DNA from: an uncultured Acidimicrobiales bacterium
Lineage (GTDB): Bacteria > Actinomycetota > Acidimicrobiia > Acidimicrobiales > UBA10347
Length of the DNA stretch: 64,000 bases
Assembly (NCBI GenBank): GCA_937991435.1
Contig: CALKPY010000136.1
Location: 2,313 to 66,312 of the forward strand
Reading direction: 5' to 3'
In this document: piece by piece, positions 60,354 through 64,000 of the stretch
How positions within the stretch are numbered: the first letter of the stretch is position 1
Layout of the letters: each line of letters starts with the position of its first letter
Notes under the pieces: model-generated
What the model saw: the letters and a program-made list of their open reading frames with translations, nothing else
Databases searched by the model: none
Told to the model about the DNA's origin: nothing
Translations under genes and position numbers: made by a program

Positions 60354-61343
60354 GTGTCTAAGGCCCCCGCAAGAGTTGTTGTCACCGGCGCCGCCGGTCA
60401 GATTGGCTATCAGTTGTGCTTCCGCATTGCCAGCGGCCAACTGCTCGGCCCTGACCAGCCGGTGATCCTGCAGATGCTCGAAATTACTCCGGCGCTCGAT
60501 GCCCTCAAGGGTGTCGCAATGGAGCTTGACGACTGTGCGTTCCCGTTGCTTGCTGGAATGGTCCAGTCAGATGATCCCAATGTGGCGTTTGGCGACGCAA
60601 CTCACGCGTTGCTTGTTGGCGCCATGCCACGCCGCGACGGCATGGAGCGTGCCGATCTTCTCGAGGCCAACGGCGGCATTTTCGGCCCACAAGGCAAGGC
60701 AATCAACGACAGCGCAAGCCGCGACATCAAGGTTCTCGTTGTTGGCAACCCAGCCAACACCAATGCATTGATTGCCATGCATGCCGCTCCCGACGTCGAC
60801 AATGCGCAATTCACCGCGATGACCCGACTCGATCACAACCGGGCAATGACTCAGGTAGCGCAAAAGACGGGCACAACGGTCAACGACATCAAAAAGATGA
60901 CTATTTGGGGCAATCACTCGGCCACTCAGTACCCCGATCTGTTCCGTTGCGAAGTCGACGGAGAGGTGGCTGCGACTCGAATCGATGACCAGAGCTGGAT
61001 CGAAGATGAGTTCATTCCTACGGTGCAAAAGCGCGGCGCGGCGATCATCAAAGCTCGTGGGTTGTCGTCGGCAGCCTCTGCGGCCAATGCGGCGATCGAT
61101 CACATGCATGATTGGGAACTTGGCACCCCAGCCGGCGATTGGGTTTCAATGGCTATTCCCAGTGACGGCAGCTACGGCGTACCCGAGGGCATCATTTCGT
61201 CATTCCCGGTCACCTGTGCGGGCGGTCGAATCTCCATTGTTCAGGGACTCGACATCGATGACTTCAGCCGTGGGCGCATCGATGCGACTGCGGCCGAGCT
61301 TGTAGCTGAGCGCGACACGGTGTCTGGTCTCGGTCTGATCTGA
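60354..61343 (+). CDS. mdh: Malate dehydrogenase (NAD-dependent, LDH-like type 2 family)
   Basis: [27 protein letters not shown] and [12 protein letters not shown] are present. GTG start. Confidence 0.93.
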   Translation: MSKAPARVVVTGAAGQIGYQLCFRIASGQLLGPDQPVILQMLEITPALDALKGVAMELDDCAFPLLAGMVQSDDPNVAFGDATHALLVGAMPRRDGMERADLLEANGGIFGPQGKAINDSASRDIKVLVVGNPANTNALIAMHAAPDVDNAQFTAMTRLDHNRAMTQVAQKTGTTVNDIKKMTIWGNHSATQYPDLFRCEVDGEVAATRIDDQSWIEDEFIPTVQKRGAAIIKARGLSSAASAANAAIDHMHDWELGTPAGDWVSMAIPSDGSYGVPEGIISSFPVTCAGGRISIVQGLDIDDFSRGRIDATAAELVAERDTVSGLGLI

Positions 61344-61348
61344 TTCGA

Positions 61349-61714
61349 TCAGTCAAATGTTGTGAGTTCCATAACGGGACGAAGCGCATCTTCGACTTCG
61401 ACAAACGCTGCTCGTTCGCGAACGAGCAGGGCGACGTCGCCGGTGATGGCGATTGAACCCAATAGAAATGCTTGGTGCGCGTTGGTCGTTCCGGCTGCGA
61501 TTGACTGAGCAGTATCGAAAGACTGCGAAAAAGCTACATCTGCGGTACTCGGGTCGCGGTCCCGCGCAAGAACGGCTCCGTCGCTTCTGAACACGATGGT
61601 CCAGGTGGCACTTCCTACCGTTTGGCCTACCGAAAATTGAGTATCATTGCCAAGCTTGATCGATGAAATGGCTGCTTCAACCGCGTCGAACCAGTCTTTT
61701 GTGAGGTAGCGCAT
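61349..61714 (-). CDS. SCP2 sterol-binding-domain protein
   Basis: The 121-aa protein MRYLTKDWFDAVEAAI ... AQSIAAGTTNAHQAFLLGSIAITGDVALL shows the SCP2-type C-terminal pattern. Start at the ATG at 61714; the longer ORF to 61840 is rejected. Confidence 0.6.
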   Translation of the reverse strand: MRYLTKDWFDAVEAAISSIKLGNDTQFSVGQTVGSATWTIVFRSDGAVLARDRDPSTADVAFSQSFDTAQSIAAGTTNAHQAFLLGSIAITGDVALLVRERAAFVEVEDALRPVMELTTFD

Positions 61715-61833
61715 GTGGGGCGAAGAGTAGCGGTCGCCACGTGGTCGCGTATGAGTACGTTTACCTAATCGACCCGCATAGTGCTCGGCCGTACAATGAT
61801 GGGTGTCCTCGCCTTGAAAGGTGTACGTTCGAC

Positions 61834-64000
61834 ATGTCATACGACAATCCCACCTCGTCGTTCAGAATCAGTATTGTCACCGCTGTCGTTGCGTCAATGC
61901 TTGCCGCCCTGTCAGCGATTGTCCCCATTGGTGCCCCCGCTGCGTCGGCGCAGGCCGCGGTTCCTTTTGAAGTCTGGGGTCTCGACGGTGGGGCTGTCCC
62001 CGACGCCCGAACCTGGATGTTGCGACAGTCTTGTGACCCAGCATTGGTGTTGGACCAGTACGAGGCTCCTGGCTCATACCCCAACGGACAAGTTGTGTGC
62101 AGCGCGCCGATCGGAACGCTCGATGCGGCCACTCCAGCATTTCCCCTCGATCAGAACTGGCGGCCGTATGGGCCGACCACGGCGCCCGGCCCGTTGGCTG
62201 GCGAACCGGTATTCGACGACGTAAATACCGGACCTGAAGTTGCGAATCACTTCGTGAAGACCTTCACACTTCAAGATGTCGGGGTTCCGTATAGCAGTAT
62301 CGAAGGGATTCAATTCTCGGTCTTTTACGATGATTCCGCGATTGTCTATCTCAATGGTGTCGAGGTGTATCGCTCGATTCGAGGAAACCTCCCTGATCCC
62401 GGCACGATTCGCCCAGGGGTCGTCAGTGCGCCCGGCGTGCTGCTCGACGATGCCGACGGCAACGGAATTGTCGATTATCCGCTCAACGCGAACATCCCCT
62501 ATGACGTACCCGTCATTCACGGTGGAGCCGAGAATTACTATGTTGAAGTTCCCAACTATCTGGGTCAGAACCAGTGCGAAATACCGGTTCACTGCACGCT
62601 AAGCCCTTATATCGACCCCGCCGATGCAGCGCTGCCCGGAACCCCTGAGTACTCGGGCAAGAATCCGCCTGCGGCCGATCGTTCAATACTCGACACGAAC
62701 GGTGACGGCATCGTGTCGAGCACCGATGTTCATGTCTGGTCGGTGACGGTATGGAACCAGGACTCGTCGGTCGATTCAAGCTTCGATCACACCTTTGATC
62801 TCATTGTGGATCCGACGCAATTTCCTACGCAACAGATTGCAATCAACGAGATTGTGGCTTCGAACACAAATTCGTGGCTCGTCAATACAGACACTGATGC
62901 TGCTCTCGAGTCGCCTGACTGGATTGAGCTGCACAACTTCACCAACACGTCGGTAAACATCGGTGGTTGGAAACTTTCGGATCAAACGGCGAGCTACACC
63001 ATTCCGGCTGGCACGGCGATACCGGCGAACGGCTACTTGTTGGTCGCTGCCAACGATTGTGTCGTCGGCGCAGGCAGCAGCTGCACGAATCCACTTCAGG
63101 CCAACTTTAAATTGTCGTCGTTTGGTGACCAGGTGAGGTTGATCCGCAACACCGGCTTCATTGAAGACTCGGTGACGTTTGCAGATCAGTTCCCCGACAA
63201 CGCCTTTGGGCGGCCACTCGATAACGGCCCTGCGACGTACCTGCAATCATTCACCCCCGGCGCAACAAACTCAGCTGCTGGCAACAATTACGCCCCGATT
63301 CTTCGTTTCTTTCCTGATCGTCTTTACAACGTCGGCGAAACTGTCGATCACCAGCTCGACGCCTTTGACCCCGACGGTGATGCCATCTCGTACGGGCTCA
63401 CCGGCATCCCGGGCGTTGCCGCAAACACGACATTGGGCCAGCTGACTGGCTCAAACGCAGCGCCTGGCGTCTATAACGGAACAATCACCGCGACCGATGT
63501 CGATGGCAATGACAGCCAATCGGTGAAGTGGCGTGTGTTCGACGCTGTTGCCGGCGGTTCACCCTTTGTGCTTAACGAATACAACGCGGTGTCGTCAAGC
63601 GATCAACTCGCCGTGGGCGGAGGGCCTCTCGGCAACGGTGGTGACTGGTTTGAATTCCTCGTTGTCGAAGACGATTTAGATCTTCGTGGCTGGACTATTC
63701 AACTGTGGGACCGTGCGAACAGTCTTGGTCAGGCCGAACTAAGTTCGACGATCACGTTTGCCAACGGAACAGCTTTTGCTGCGGTTCCCGCCGGCACCCT
63801 GATCGTTATTGGCGAACAGATCACCGACGATCTTGGTTTTGACGGAGTCAACGACTGGACAATCCACCTGCAAGCTGCCGCCAACGGCAACGGCACGTAC
63901 TTCACGCCCAATGGCGCCCTCGAAGTATTCAATTCGACTCGACGTGATCAGATGGTGTTGATCACCGACGCAAGTGGCGCAGTGCGCACGCCGTTGTCGG
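61834..64000 (+). CDS. Secreted multi-domain protein with two lamin-tail domains (LTD), an Ig/cadherin-like module and dockerin-like Ca-binding loops; 3' end beyond window
   Basis: It is absent from the ORF track because no stop falls within the window; I translated it by hand from the ATG at 61834. The signal peptide is FRISIVTAVVASMLAALSAIVPIGAPAASAQA. LTD1 is INEIVASN...PDWIELHNFTNTSVNIGGWKLSD...ANGYLLV, the Ig-like module is DAFDPDGDAISYGLTG, and LTD2 is LNEYNAVSS...GDWFEFLVVEDDLDLRGWTIQLWD. Confidence 0.8.
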   Translation, partial: MSYDNPTSSFRISIVTAVVASMLAALSAIVPIGAPAASAQAAVPFEVWGLDGGAVPDARTWMLRQSCDPALVLDQYEAPGSYPNGQVVCSAPIGTLDAATPAFPLDQNWRPYGPTTAPGPLAGEPVFDDVNTGPEVANHFVKTFTLQDVGVPYSSIEGIQFSVFYDDSAIVYLNGVEVYRSIRGNLPDPGTIRPGVVSAPGVLLDDADGNGIVDYPLNANIPYDVPVIHGGAENYYVEVPNYLGQNQCEIPVHCTLSPYIDPADAALPGTPEYSGKNPPAADRSILDTNGDGIVSSTDVHVWSVTVWNQDSSVDSSFDHTFDLIVDPTQFPTQQIAINEIVASNTNSWLVNTDTDAALESPDWIELHNFTNTSVNIGGWKLSDQTASYTIPAGTAIPANGYLLVAANDCVVGAGSSCTNPLQANFKLSSFGDQVRLIRNTGFIEDSVTFADQFPDNAFGRPLDNGPATYLQSFTPGATNSAAGNNYAPILRFFPDRLYNVGETVDHQLDAFDPDGDAISYGLTGIPGVAANTTLGQLTGSNAAPGVYNGTITATDVDGNDSQSVKWRVFDAVAGGSPFVLNEYNAVSSSDQLAVGGGPLGNGGDWFEFLVVEDDLDLRGWTIQLWDRANSLGQAELSSTITFANGTAFAAVPAGTLIVIGEQITDDLGFDGVNDWTIHLQAAANGNGTYFTPNGALEVFNSTRRDQMVLITDASGAVRTPLS

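Overview
This 64-kb window covers the chromosomal replication-origin region of a moderately high-GC, actinobacterial-type genome. The lineage is an inference from gene content: DUF3566, DUF721/DciA, DUF3499, an LAxTG sorting signal and TGTTTCACGTGAAACA parS sites. Almost all of it is conserved housekeeping sequence. On the minus strand lies dnaA-[oriC]-dnaN-recF-dciA-gyrB-gyrA, followed by a TadE-like gene, a DUF3566 gene and tRNA-Ile. On the plus strand lies rpmH-rnpA-yidD-yidC-jag-rsmG-[2 parS]-parA-parB. These are followed by trxA/trxB with an ECF sigma/anti-sigma pair, degV, galE, tdk-dcd-tatA, and a DsrMK/HdrD-like Fe-S membrane protein divergent from dnaK-grpE-dnaJ-hspR. Further along are purA-purB, a 3-hydroxyacyl-CoA dehydrogenase, cyclophilin, a LysM lipoprotein, an ABC half-transporter pair, cspA and mdh. 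The left edge carries a polar amino-acid ABC importer (two permeases and an ATPase), a rhodanese, a Crp-family regulator, an RNB ribonuclease, an acyltransferase and a WhiG/FliA-type sigma factor. I saw no rRNA, CRISPR array, transposase, integrase or recognisable phage or defence genes. The least ordinary parts are listed here. (1) A 1716-aa LAxTG-anchored multi-repeat surface protein (41141-46291) with a perfect 25-bp palindrome in front of its RBS. (2) A secreted lamin-tail-domain protein with dockerin-like Ca-binding loops, truncated at the right edge. (3) An A24 prepilin-type peptidase gene sitting between the two ABC exporter genes. (4) A block of uncharacterised genes at 52.0-55.3 kb, including a possible tail-anchored micro-ORF or frameshift. 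(5) rnpA with no canonical start codon. (6) Two exact GGAAT-N18-GTT (SigR/SigH-type) promoter motifs in front of trxA and dnaK. I cannot point to a clearly novel multi-gene system; all interest scores are modest and functional calls rest on motif recognition by eye, not on database searches.
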